This document shows positions 30,613 through 40,121 of a stretch of 64,000 nucleotides of DNA, piece by piece. The stretch comes from Rhodobiaceae bacterium UBA6963. GTDB lineage: Bacteria; Pseudomonadota; Alphaproteobacteria; RS24. Within the stretch, counting starts at the first letter, position 1. Each line of letters begins with the position of its first letter. The stretch covers positions 1,971-65,970 of the forward strand of contig DJZB01000063.1 of the NCBI GenBank assembly GCA_002450335.1, given 5' to 3'. The translations under genes and the position numbers were made by a program. Below the pieces are notes generated by a model that was given only the letters and a program-made list of their open reading frames with translations, was not told the origin of the DNA and ran no database searches.

Positions 30613-32569
30613 TGCTGAAAGATTTTACCTCGCGCCGCGTTAAAGCCGCAACGCCCCCCAACGCCATAATCAGCCCACCAATCCAGATGAAAGCGACAAG
30701 CGGGTGATACCATATTCTAACTACGCGGGAAGCTGTGCCATCCGTTATAGTTTCGTCAGCTATAACAATATAAAGATGGCCTGCTAGGTTTTTCAAAATA
30801 GCGGCTTCAGTCGTGGATTGACGTTCCACTGTATAAAAGCGTTTCTCAGGTTTCAGCACAGTAACATCAACGCCGCCTCGCCTGACAGAAAACTCACCTT
30901 GCTCCGCGGTAAAGTTCTCTCCACTGACAGCACTCTCCCCGTCAAAGGTCACTTCATATCCTGAAATTTCCATCACTGCACCTGGCATAACAGCTTGAAC
31001 GACTTCACTGCGCCACGCCGTTGTTCCAACAATGCCCAGTATCATAACGCCAAGACCTCCATGTGCCAGAACGCTTCCCCATTGTTGAAGCGGAAGTTTG
31101 GAAATATTCTTCGGAAGTCGTGCTAAAGGGACACTGTTAAATCTAATTTTTTTTGCCAGATCAGCCAGCGCGCCAAGCATGAGCCACAAAGACAACCCAA
31201 CCCCCAGTGCCGCACCACCTTGATGCCCGGCACTCACAATGAAAACCGTCAGCGCGCTCAAAACTGCCAACAAGAAAGCCATAGCTAGTTTTTTAAACAC
31301 TGGTAAAACTTCAGACTGGCCCCAGCCTGACAGGGGTCCAAATGGCATTAACATTAAAAGCGGCGTGATGAGCGGAACAAAAACGGCATTATAATAAGGT
31401 GCCCCAACAGAAATCTTCCCAAGACCAAACGCATCAATTACCAGTGGGTATATTGTTCCCAGAAAAACTGTTGCTGTCGCGCTGGCGAGAAAAACATTAT
31501 TTAATATTAACGCGCCTTCGCGACTGACAGGCTGAAACGGCACATTTTTATCCGCCGAGGACAGCCCAGCAGACCGCATGGCAAACAAAAGTAATGCACC
31601 CCCCACGAGAACGCCGAGTATCATAAGAATAAACACACCGCGTGTCGGGTCGGTTGCAAAAGCATGGACAGAAGTTAAGACACCGGAGCGCACTAAAAAT
31701 GTGCCGGCAATGCATAAACCAAATGTCAAAATAGCTAGAAGCATTGTCCAGCTATGCAATGTATTACGCCTTGCAGTTACAAGCGCAGAGTGAAGCAATG
31801 CCGTTCCAGCGAGCCATGGCATAAAGCTGGCATTTTCAACCGGATCCCAGAACCAAAAGCCGCCCCAACCAAGTTCATAATAAGCCCAGAACGAACCGAC
31901 TGCTATGCCAAGTGTCAAGCTAAGCCAAGCCAAAAGCGTCCAGGGGCGCACCCATTTAGCCCAGTCAGGAGAAACTTTACCGGACATCAAAGCTGCAACT
32001 GAAAACGAGAAAGCCAGTGAGAAACCGACATAACCCGCGTAAAGCAAAGGTGGATGAACAGCCAGAGCCGGGTCCTGCAAAATTGGATTGAGGCCGTTAC
32101 CTTCAAAAGGTGGCGATACCAGACGTGCAAAAGGGTTGGAGGTAAAAAGAGAAAATGCAAGAAAAGCAACACCAATCATGCCCTGAACGGCAAGCACGCG
32201 CGCCTTTAAGGTATCCGGCATTGATTTACTAAATTGTGCAATGCCCGCGCCATAGGCTGCGAGCATCAAAATCCATAAAAGCATGGATCCTTCATGATTG
32301 CCCCACACGCCGGTAAGACGATAAATAAAAGGCTTGTCTGCATGACTATTGGCAGTAACCAGCCAAAGGGAGAAATCAGATTGAACAAATTTTACGGTCA
32401 GCACCGCAAATGCCCAGAGGAGGAGAATAAATTGTAATTTGGCAGCTGGCACCGCCATAAGGACAAAACCCTGATGGTTACGACGCGCACCATAAAGAGG
32501 CAGTGTTGATTGAAGTAATGCAACACAGAATGCCAATATCATCGCAAAATGACCGGTCTCTGCAATCAC
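30599..32569 (-). CDS. ccmF: heme lyase CcmF (CycK)
   Basis: 656-aa polytopic ORF with the tryptophan-rich WGGFWFWDPVENASFMPW motif. ATGA overlap with ccmE. Confidence 0.95.
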   Translation of the reverse strand: MIAETGHFAMILAFCVALLQSTLPLYGARRNHQGFVLMAVPAAKLQFILLLWAFAVLTVKFVQSDFSLWLVTANSHADKPFIYRLTGVWGNHEGSMLLWILMLAAYGAGIAQFSKSMPDTLKARVLAVQGMIGVAFLAFSLFTSNPFARLVSPPFEGNGLNPILQDPALAVHPPLLYAGYVGFSLAFSFSVAALMSGKVSPDWAKWVRPWTLLAWLSLTLGIAVGSFWAYYELGWGGFWFWDPVENASFMPWLAGTALLHSALVTARRNTLHSWTMLLAILTFGLCIAGTFLVRSGVLTSVHAFATDPTRGVFILMILGVLVGGALLLFAMRSAGLSSADKNVPFQPVSREGALILNNVFLASATATVFLGTIYPLVIDAFGLGKISVGAPYYNAVFVPLITPLLMLMPFGPLSGWGQSEVLPVFKKLAMAFLLAVLSALTVFIVSAGHQGGAALGVGLSLWLMLGALADLAKKIRFNSVPLARLPKNISKLPLQQWGSVLAHGGLGVMILGIVGTTAWRSEVVQAVMPGAVMEISGYEVTFDGESAVSGENFTAEQGEFSVRRGGVDVTVLKPEKRFYTVERQSTTEAAILKNLAGHLYIVIADETITDGTASRVVRIWYHPLVAFIWIGGLIMALGGVAALTRREVKSFSNDSV

Positions 32570-33018
32570 TTTTGGCTCCCTGAAGATTTATTCCCCTGCC
32601 AGACACCTGTTTCTTTGAGCGCATCAGCAACCTCGCGGGGCATGTAATTCTCATCATGTTTCGCCAAAACTGTGTCAGCGACAAAGGTATCTGCAGTTTT
32701 AAACTGACCTTCTGCAACGACCCCCTGCCCCACCCGGAACAAATCCGGCAACACGCCTTCAAAAGAGACATTTATTCTGTTTTGCAAATCGGTTACGACG
32801 AACCGGTTTTCCAGCCCAGCTCTAATTAAGCTATCTTCTGCAACCAAACCGCCAATTCTGATTTTTCCGACAGGCATTGTGCTACTCTCTGCAATATCCG
32901 TGGGAGTTTTAAAATAAACGAGGTTATCCTCTAATGCCGTTAAGGCAATAAAAGCGGTAACCCCGAGCATTGCAAAGCCGAGAGCAAAAAACAGCAACCG
33001 TGTTTGACGTTGAGTCAT
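32566..33018 (-). CDS. ccmE: cytochrome c maturation heme chaperone CcmE (CycJ)
   Basis: 150 aa with an N-terminal anchor and the heme-binding region VLAKHDENYMP. Confidence 0.95.
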   Translation of the reverse strand: MTQRQTRLLFFALGFAMLGVTAFIALTALEDNLVYFKTPTDIAESSTMPVGKIRIGGLVAEDSLIRAGLENRFVVTDLQNRINVSFEGVLPDLFRVGQGVVAEGQFKTADTFVADTVLAKHDENYMPREVADALKETGVWQGNKSSGSQK

Positions 33019-33105
33019 AATATCTCCTGACGGGAATATATCGACTAAACACGAAGATTAAAGGTGAAAAACCGACGCATGCCACATAATGACATGCTTA
33101 ATGTT

Positions 33106-33783
33106 TTATTGATGAAGGGAAAGCTGCGCCCGGAGAAATATCTGCCACGGACTGTCCGGCTCGGCTGCAGAGTGCAAACCATCCCAGATCACGAGAGCTT
33201 TGGTTTTGTCACCCTGCTGGAGAAGAGAAAGCCCACGCAAGTATAAACCGCGCGGGTGATTGGGGTTAATTTCAAGTGCCCGATTAATTAGTGTCTCATC
33301 GCCGCTGACAATCAATCCGTCTTGTTGTTGTAGACGACTTTCAGCAAGCATAACCAAAATATCAGCGCTTTGCTCGCCTTGACGCAAGGACATAGCATTC
33401 AATAAAGCATCTTCAGCTCTATCTGCTTCCCCGAGCGCCATCCGCGTTCTTGCCAGCATCAACCACCCATCAGTATCGTCGGGATTATCTTTGAGGCGTT
33501 GTTCCAGATGTACTACTAATCCCTCAAGAGGGAGAGTTTCGGGGGGAACATTCAGTCTATCTTCAAGTGGTAGATCGGAATAACCCGGCGACCCAAGCAT
33601 TAGATAAAGTATCAACGCCAGACCGGGAAGAAAACTTACCACCGCGATAAAAGCAAGCGAGCCGGAGGATTTGTCCATTAACTTGTTTTTCAGCAATGGA
33701 CGCAAAACAAAATAACTTGCTGCCGCACTCATGAGGGCAAGCAAACACCAAAGCACCACATCCTGAAATGGTAATTCAAGCAT
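33106..33783 (-). CDS. ccmI: c-type cytochrome biogenesis protein CcmI (CycH), TPR-containing
   Basis: Two N-terminal TM segments (VVLWCLLALMSAAASYFVLRP...) followed by TPR-like repeats. Located directly upstream of ccmEFH. Confidence 0.8.
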   Translation of the reverse strand: MLELPFQDVVLWCLLALMSAAASYFVLRPLLKNKLMDKSSGSLAFIAVVSFLPGLALILYLMLGSPGYSDLPLEDRLNVPPETLPLEGLVVHLEQRLKDNPDDTDGWLMLARTRMALGEADRAEDALLNAMSLRQGEQSADILVMLAESRLQQQDGLIVSGDETLINRALEINPNHPRGLYLRGLSLLQQGDKTKALVIWDGLHSAAEPDSPWQIFLRAQLSLHQ

Positions 33784-33794
33784 GGTGCTTCATA

Positions 33795-34439
33795 TCAGTC
33801 GGGGTCTACTTCTGGAAGGGCAAATTTCATTGCATATAGTTTAAGTCTAATTTTTCCACTCGAAAACTGACCGGATACTGCGGTTAGCTTAACAGGCGTA
33901 TCGGCATAATAAGTGACGGGTGAGGAGGAAACCCCGATAACAGTGGAGTCTTCCTGATACCCGATTTTATTACCATATCTGTCATCACCGCCTGCAACAC
34001 CAAGCTTCCATGAATGCGACCCACCCAATGTCGTTAAAACTCTACCGGTGATGGCCAGAACTGTACTTTTGCCTGGGATGATGAGCGCAGTATCATTATG
34101 TGCACCGGCAATCACAATATGATCAATTTCCTCAACATAAAAATCCAAACCTTTCGAGCCGTAGAAGTCATGTTGACCGGTCGCCTTGCCCAAACTCGAA
34201 ACAGATTGCCACCCCTCACTTTGCAAGACATAAAGTGTTGCATCCGAATCATTCCAAACGCGCCAGCCAATTTTTGGCGTCAGAAAAACCCAGTGTTTTT
34301 TTAAAAAATTAAGCTGATCAAGTGTTAGTGTCTCCAGAACTTCTCTGCGTTTCTTTTTCGGCAATGATGCGATTGAATGCACGTTCAAGTTCTTCGATAA
34401 TATCTTCCTTGGGTTTTTGGTTAGATGAGGCGTTGGCAA
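33795..34439 (-). CDS. hypothetical protein, apparently chimeric (terminase-N-terminus-like leader plus DUF2793-like segment plus unknown C-terminal domain)
   Basis: 214-aa ORF whose only upstream starts are TTG/GTG codons. Residues 25-55 (SLPKKKRREVLETLTLDQLNFLKKHWVFLTP) resemble the N-terminus of RcGTA-type large terminases, and GWRVWNDSDATLYVLQSEGWQSV resembles the end of DUF2793. Both resemblances are from memory. Confidence 0.45.
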   Translation of the reverse strand: MPTPHLTKNPRKILSKNLNVHSIASLPKKKRREVLETLTLDQLNFLKKHWVFLTPKIGWRVWNDSDATLYVLQSEGWQSVSSLGKATGQHDFYGSKGLDFYVEEIDHIVIAGAHNDTALIIPGKSTVLAITGRVLTTLGGSHSWKLGVAGGDDRYGNKIGYQEDSTVIGVSSSPVTYYADTPVKLTAVSGQFSSGKIRLKLYAMKFALPEVDPD

Positions 34440-34707
34440 ACAGTTTGCTTTCCCTTTGTGTCAACATATCCATGGATCTTACCAAAAGCATGATAACGCG
34501 TGCGTAGCGTTCAAAAGCTTCCGTCAGCGCTTCAGCATCAGAAGGCAGATGTGCCTCGAAACGCACAAGGTCATTTATCAGAGCGTTGTGGAGTTCTTTC
34601 AAAGAATTCCCAATTGATGTCTCTGGTAAAGGCTTCACGAATAAATGAATTTTATAATTTGAAAATGTTAAGTCGCAGAAATTTATAAGAGGTATAAAAG
34701 CCAACAA
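34318..34707 (-). CDS. hypothetical ORF (possible decayed gene or small-terminase-position ORF) overlapping the next ORF by 122 nt in another frame
   Basis: 129-aa ORF starting at TTG with no RBS seen; the first internal ATG is at residue 73. Helical, charged C-terminus (KPKEDIIEELERAFNRIIAEKE). Confidence 0.3.
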   Translation of the reverse strand: MLAFIPLINFCDLTFSNYKIHLFVKPLPETSIGNSLKELHNALINDLVRFEAHLPSDAEALTEAFERYARVIMLLVRSMDMLTQRESKLFANASSNQKPKEDIIEELERAFNRIIAEKETQRSSGDTNT

Positions 34708-34971
34708 GCGAATTGTTAATTTTTATTCCACCTCTGCGAGTGTGGGATATATATAAGTTATCACTGTAACGCTGTCAACAATTTATTGTTTAAAATCAGT
34801 GGGTAAGGGGTATTTTGACGTGTATATCATCGAAATTCTTCTAATAAAATCACGCATTAGAACACTTATCCCCGTTGAAATTTTTTTTCATTTTTTGTCA
34901 TTACCAGCATCTATTTTACACACGCCTGATTGTTGACGTGCAGAGCAGGCTCTGCCACCTTTGGTCAGGTA

Positions 34972-35985
34972 ATGAATAGATTCATCAAACTATCAAAAAA
35001 ACTTGGACAGCTGAGTTTGCTTTCAGTGTTTATTTTTTTAATAAGCTCTCAGATTGAAAATGCTATCGCACTTGAGCCGGTAACTTTTGCAACAGATTGG
35101 AAAGCACAAGCCGAGCAAGGTGGTTTTTACCAAGCTAAGGCTTTAGGGCTATATGAAAAAGCCGGACTGAATGTTGTCATTCGTGGCGGGGGACCAGGCA
35201 TTAACATACCCCAGCTTTTGGGCGCGAATGCAATAGATTTCGCCATGGGGTCGAACGGTTTTATTTTGCTGAATATGGTGCAAGCCGGGGTTCCTGCCAA
35301 AGCGGTCATGGCCGCTTTTCAAAAAGATCCGCAGGTTTTAATTACTCATGACCGGGACGATATTAATAAAATCTCTGACATGAAGGACAAACCCATTATG
35401 ATAGCCGATGCGTCTATTAATGCTTTTTGGGTTTGGATGCGCGCCCGTTATGGTTTTTCAGACAAGCAAATCAGGAAATATACATTCAACCTCGCGCCCT
35501 TCATCGTCGATAAAAATGCGATACAGCAAGGCTACGCAACCTCTGAACCCTTCACAATTTCTAAAAACGGCGTAACGCCGAAAGTATTTCTACTCTCGGA
35601 TGAGGGTTACCCTTCCTATGCCGCTATGGTCATTGCGCAAAATAAATTGATTGAAGAAAAACCTGAGATTGTTCAGGCCTTTGTCACTGCTTCTATAGAA
35701 GGCTGGCGGAGTTATCTGATGGATGACCCAACTCCCGGAAATCAACTGATACTCTCCTCAAACCAAGACATGACACAAGATATTCTGGATCAGGCTATAA
35801 ACCAAATTCGTGACCGCGGCCTCGTCATCTCAGGGGATGCCCTAGACAAAGGCATTGGCACAATGACACGACAGAGGTGGAAAAGCTTCTTCACCTTGAT
35901 GGCTGAAAACGGTCTCTATGACATGGAGATGAATTGGGAAAACGCCTTCACAACTAAATTTGTCAATAAGGCACATTCAAAATAA
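34972..35985 (+). CDS. ABC transporter periplasmic substrate-binding protein (NMT1/THI5-SsuA/TauA-like, NitT/TauT family)
   Basis: Signal peptide (KLGQLSLLSVFIFLISSQIENAIA), about 340 aa, followed by a cognate ATPase and permease. ATG at 34972; the track start 34930 is TTG. Confidence 0.8.
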   Translation: MNRFIKLSKKLGQLSLLSVFIFLISSQIENAIALEPVTFATDWKAQAEQGGFYQAKALGLYEKAGLNVVIRGGGPGINIPQLLGANAIDFAMGSNGFILLNMVQAGVPAKAVMAAFQKDPQVLITHDRDDINKISDMKDKPIMIADASINAFWVWMRARYGFSDKQIRKYTFNLAPFIVDKNAIQQGYATSEPFTISKNGVTPKVFLLSDEGYPSYAAMVIAQNKLIEEKPEIVQAFVTASIEGWRSYLMDDPTPGNQLILSSNQDMTQDILDQAINQIRDRGLVISGDALDKGIGTMTRQRWKSFFTLMAENGLYDMEMNWENAFTTKFVNKAHSK

Positions 35986-36722
35986 TGTCTTTTGCGATAA
36001 AAGTTACAGATTTGAATATGGCCTATGCTGATGGCATTGAGGTATTTAGGGGTTTTACACATTCATTTGACGCCGGAAGCTTTACCGCTATCGTCGGGCC
36101 TTCTGGTTGTGGGAAGAGCTCTCTCTTAAGAATTCTTGCAGGCCTTCAATCCCCATCCAGCGGAAAAATTGAAATTAAACCGGACACATCTATCGGTTAT
36201 GTTTTTCAAGAACCTACCCTGCTGGCATGGCAAACTGTTTATGAAAATGTGGCGTTGCCATTAAAAATTAAAGGCCTCAACAAAAAACTGATTGATACCC
36301 GCGTGACTGATGCTTTGGCACTTGTTGGCCTCGCCGGTCGCCAATATGCACTTTCACGTGAATTGTCGGGTGGCATGAAGATGCGCGTGTCCCTTGCAAG
36401 AGCCCTGGCGCAAAACCCAGATGTACTATTTATGGATGAACCCTTTGGCGCACTTGATGAACTCACGCGCCTGAAACTTGATGATGAATTGCTGGATATT
36501 TGGCGACGTCAAAAATGCACAATCTTATTTGTTACCCATACGGTTTCTGAAGCGACCTATCTGGCTGAGCGTGTACTGGTCATGTCGTCTGATGGACAGC
36601 TTAAAGATGATATCAAAATAGATAGCAACACACGGAATGATGCCTTCAGAGCTTCAACACCATTCCATGAAGCGCGCCTGACAATCACAAAATCTCTGGA
36701 ACATAACGAGGAGGCAATATGA
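35985..36722 (+). CDS. ABC transporter ATP-binding protein (NitT/TauT family)
   Basis: Walker A GPSGCGKSS, signature LSGGMKMRVSLARA, Walker B VLFMDEPFGALD. TAATG overlap with the binding-protein gene. Confidence 0.92.
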   Translation: MSFAIKVTDLNMAYADGIEVFRGFTHSFDAGSFTAIVGPSGCGKSSLLRILAGLQSPSSGKIEIKPDTSIGYVFQEPTLLAWQTVYENVALPLKIKGLNKKLIDTRVTDALALVGLAGRQYALSRELSGGMKMRVSLARALAQNPDVLFMDEPFGALDELTRLKLDDELLDIWRRQKCTILFVTHTVSEATYLAERVLVMSSDGQLKDDIKIDSNTRNDAFRASTPFHEARLTITKSLEHNEEAI

Positions 36723-37483
36723 TGAAATTTTTGCTTCCTTTATTAGTTGGCTTTACCCTTTTAGTATTTTGGGAATGGATTGTTGGCTTTCTTGCAGTGC
36801 CAATTTTTGTTCTTCCTCCTCCCTCACAAATTGCTTATGCGCTAATGGATAATTTTACATCTTTGATGGGGTCTCTGATTGTCACCCTAAGCATTACTGG
36901 GTTTGCCTATTTTTGGGCATTGATAGGTGGGGTATCACTGGCAATTTTGTTCACACGGTCACGATTTATCGAAATGTCACTTGCCCCATACGTGGTCACA
37001 CTTCAGGTCACACCGGTCGTTGCCATTGCACCGTTAATTCTGATTTGGGTCGGTTTTGAAAACACTAACCGCGCCATGATCATCATTGCCTGGATTGTCG
37101 CTTTCTTTCCTATTTTAACCAACACCCTTCAAGGCATAAGAAGTGTCGATAATGGCCTTCATCAGTTAATGCAGCTCAGTGGCGCAAAATGGTGGCAGAC
37201 ACTAATTTACCTTGAGCTTCCCGCCGCTCTACCTTCCATTCTCACAGGCGCGAAGATTTCAGGGGGACTGGCCCTAATTGGCGCCGTCGTAGCTGAATTT
37301 GTAGCTGGATCTGGTACGTCTACAGGGCTTGCATGGCGGATTATAGAGGCAGGCAATAGGTTGGAAATCTCAACTATGTTTGCAGCCCTGACGCTTCTAT
37401 CCATTCTTGGCATTGTTATTTACTATGTGCATAGTCTTGTAGAATGGATATTACTGAGAAAATGGCATGAAAGCTTTCATTAA
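36719..37483 (+). CDS. ABC transporter permease (NitT/TauT family)
   Basis: 254-aa six-TM ORF overlapping the ATPase gene by 4 nt. Confidence 0.88.
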   Translation: MMKFLLPLLVGFTLLVFWEWIVGFLAVPIFVLPPPSQIAYALMDNFTSLMGSLIVTLSITGFAYFWALIGGVSLAILFTRSRFIEMSLAPYVVTLQVTPVVAIAPLILIWVGFENTNRAMIIIAWIVAFFPILTNTLQGIRSVDNGLHQLMQLSGAKWWQTLIYLELPAALPSILTGAKISGGLALIGAVVAEFVAGSGTSTGLAWRIIEAGNRLEISTMFAALTLLSILGIVIYYVHSLVEWILLRKWHESFH

Positions 37484-37582
37484 AATACATATTTTTTTTG
37501 TATAATAATTTATTTTACATCTTCTTGAAGTTTTATGTGAAAAAAGGCAATATGCGGCAACTATTCACAACCGGAAACTCCA

Positions 37583-37903
37583 ATGGCACAACATAGTTCA
37601 AAAGGCGCGCGTTTTCAGGCAGTCACAGCAAACAGATTGAAAGATGGCGAGGTCGTATATTTCAAAGGTAATGGCTGGATTGAAAATTTTGCCGAAGCTG
37701 AAATTGCTGATGGTCAAGAAGCTGCCGAAGCGCTTTTGACAAGAGCCAGCCCAGACAATATGGAAGCGTTTATCCTCGACCCCTATCTATTTGAGGTTTC
37801 TGAAAGTGATAACGGTTTCACACCGGTAAGTGTCCGCGAAAATATCCGCGCCAAAGGGCCAACAGTTCGCACAGATTTGGGTAAACAAGCAGAAGCTGGA
37901 TAA
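37583..37903 (+). CDS. DUF2849 domain protein (sulfite-reductase-associated)
   Basis: 106 aa with an N-terminal VTANRLKDGEVVYF-type motif. Located directly upstream of cysI, as is typical in alphaproteobacteria. Confidence 0.75.
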   Translation: MAQHSSKGARFQAVTANRLKDGEVVYFKGNGWIENFAEAEIADGQEAAEALLTRASPDNMEAFILDPYLFEVSESDNGFTPVSVRENIRAKGPTVRTDLGKQAEAG

Positions 37904-37949
37904 AGTTGCCTGTAACACGAATGAAACATGAAAATATCAAGGATAGCTG

Positions 37950-39605
37950 ATGTATCGTTACGATGAATTTGATCACAAAATTGTCACTGACAGGGTAAAC
38001 CAGTTTCGCGGACAGGTTAACCGCCGTATTAGTGGCGCGCTATCTGAAGATGCCTTTAAGCCTCTGCGGCTCATGAACGGTGTCTATCTTCAATTGCATG
38101 CTTATATGCTTAGGGTTGCAATTCCATATGGAACCGTATCCTCAAAACAGATGAGGATGTTGGCTCATATCGCGCGTAAATATGATCGTGGTTATGGTCA
38201 TTTCACGACTCGACAAAATATTCAGTATAACTGGCCTGCTTTAGACCGCATTCCCGACCTTCTAGAAGAACTGGCCAGTGTGGAAATGCACGCCATTCAG
38301 ACATCAGGCAATTGCATCCGGAATGTTACTGCTGACCAATATGCCGGTGCCATAGCTGACGAAATTGAAGACCCGAGAATAATTTCAGAGATTATTCGGC
38401 AATGGTCAACTTTTCACCCCGAATTTTCTTACCTCCCTCGAAAGTTTAAAATTGCCGTAACAGGTCATGAAAACGACCGTGCCGCGATTAAGCTTCATGA
38501 TATCGGTATTGTTATTGTCAAGAACGATAAAGGAGAGACAGGTTATGAGGTTCACGTCGGCGGTGGTCAGGGACGGTCTCCTTTTATTGCCAAAAAGCTG
38601 ACAGATTTTGTGCCGGCTAAAAAACTCCTTGCATATCTTGAAGCCGTTATGCGTGTTTATAATATGCTTGGTCGGCGGGATAATTCCTACAAAGCTCGGA
38701 TTAAAATACTCGTTCATGAAACCGGCGAGACGGAAATGCGGCGGCTGGTAGAAGAAGAGTTTGCAAAAATAGATGCAAGTCAAATGCTCAGCCTCCCGGA
38801 AGCTGAACTGGATCGCATTTCCGCATATTTTGCACCACCAAATTATGAAAATCTTCCAGCGCAAAGCGACGCATTTGAAGCAGCAAAAGAAGGTAACCCA
38901 GAGTTCAGTCACTGGGTGAAAACCAATCTTGTGCCTCACAAAACCCCCGGCTATGGGATTGTAAACATCTCACTGAAACCTATTGGCGGTATTCCGGGCG
39001 ATGCAACAGATGCCCAAATGGATGTTATTGCCGATTTAGCGGAGCGTTACGCTCTAGATGAGATACGGGTGACGCATGAACAAAACCTTGTCTTGCCGCA
39101 TGTAAAACTCGATGAAGCCAAAGAAGTTTATGACATCCTTTGCGCACATGATCTTGCCACACCGAATATCGGTTTGATTTCCGATAGCATCGCATGCCCG
39201 GGGCTGGATTATTGTAATCTTGCCAATGCACGCTCAATTCCTTTAGCACAGGAAATTTCCACTCATTTTGCTGACCTTGATAAGCAATATGATATTGGCG
39301 AACTTAAGATAAAAATCTCTGGATGTATTAATGCCTGCGGCCATCACCATGTCGGTCATATAGGTATTCTTGGCGTGGACAAGAAAGGCACGGAGTTTTA
39401 CCAGATTTCCCTTGGTGGATCCGCCGACGAAAAGGCCAGTCTGGGTGACATAACCGGCCAAGCCTTCACAGAAGATAAAGTTGTTGATGCCGTCGATACC
39501 ATCGTTGAAACATATCTAAATCTAAGACAGCCGGAAGAGCGTTTTCTGGACACTTACAGACGTGTCGGAATGGATCCTTTCAAGGAGCAGTTATATGCCG
39601 ACTAA
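37950..39605 (+). CDS. cysI: assimilatory sulfite reductase hemoprotein (nitrite/sulfite reductase family)
   Basis: 551 aa. Siroheme/4Fe-4S cysteine clusters are ACPGLDYC and SGCINACGHHHVGHIGILG. Has the duplicated NIR_SIR ferredoxin-like halves. Confidence 0.9.
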   Translation: MYRYDEFDHKIVTDRVNQFRGQVNRRISGALSEDAFKPLRLMNGVYLQLHAYMLRVAIPYGTVSSKQMRMLAHIARKYDRGYGHFTTRQNIQYNWPALDRIPDLLEELASVEMHAIQTSGNCIRNVTADQYAGAIADEIEDPRIISEIIRQWSTFHPEFSYLPRKFKIAVTGHENDRAAIKLHDIGIVIVKNDKGETGYEVHVGGGQGRSPFIAKKLTDFVPAKKLLAYLEAVMRVYNMLGRRDNSYKARIKILVHETGETEMRRLVEEEFAKIDASQMLSLPEAELDRISAYFAPPNYENLPAQSDAFEAAKEGNPEFSHWVKTNLVPHKTPGYGIVNISLKPIGGIPGDATDAQMDVIADLAERYALDEIRVTHEQNLVLPHVKLDEAKEVYDILCAHDLATPNIGLISDSIACPGLDYCNLANARSIPLAQEISTHFADLDKQYDIGELKIKISGCINACGHHHVGHIGILGVDKKGTEFYQISLGGSADEKASLGDITGQAFTEDKVVDAVDTIVETYLNLRQPEERFLDTYRRVGMDPFKEQLYAD

Positions 39606-40119
39606 AACTCACCTAATTGCTAATGGCGCTGTTGTCGATGATACATGGGTGTTCATTGATGACGAAACACCGCTGGGTGATACACCGGCAATCATCTCAT
39701 TAGATAGATTGAAAGCAGAAGCCGATACGCTTCGTTCACGAAATGCAAAGCTTGGCGTTGTGATACGCACCAATACACAAGGAAAAACCAAACTCGGCGA
39801 GGATGTGCGTGAACTTTCCCCATATTTGGATATGCTGACTACCATTGCTATTGATTTCCCTGTCTACCGAAATGGTCGCGGCTATTCGGATGCTCGCATT
39901 CTGCGAGAAGAATTGGGATTTAAAGGTGAGTTGCGTGCGATAGGAGAGGTGCTTTTTGACCAATGGTCATTTATGGCACGATGCGGATTTAACACCTTTG
40001 AAATTGACTCCAGCATTCCAGTTAAAGCCTTTAATGAAGCTTTGAACGAACTCTCTGAAGCCTATCAACCCGCTGTTGACAATCAACGGGGTGTCTTATG
40101 GCGCCGTCACGGCTTATAG
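39595..40119 (+). CDS. DUF934 domain protein (putative sulfite-reduction accessory protein)
   Basis: ATG at 39595 lies 7 nt after AAGGAG and overlaps the cysI end by 11 nt. Carries the FPVYRNGRGYSDARILRE motif typical of DUF934. Confidence 0.78.
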   Translation: MPTKTHLIANGAVVDDTWVFIDDETPLGDTPAIISLDRLKAEADTLRSRNAKLGVVIRTNTQGKTKLGEDVRELSPYLDMLTTIAIDFPVYRNGRGYSDARILREELGFKGELRAIGEVLFDQWSFMARCGFNTFEIDSSIPVKAFNEALNELSEAYQPAVDNQRGVLWRRHGL

Positions 40120-40121
40120 AA

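Noticed and set aside
34708-34971. TPP riboswitch upstream of the THI5/NMT1-like binding protein (and upstream of thiE at 58210)
   Set aside because: I did not see the conserved CUGAGA or ACCUGAUCUGGAUAAUGCCAGCG-type elements. thiE starts 8 nt after aroC, which leaves no leader.
38406-38939. 177-aa antisense ORF inside cysI
   Set aside because: It is nested opposite a strongly supported sulfite reductase gene. The Cys/Phe/Ile-rich nonsense-like sequence has no RBS.
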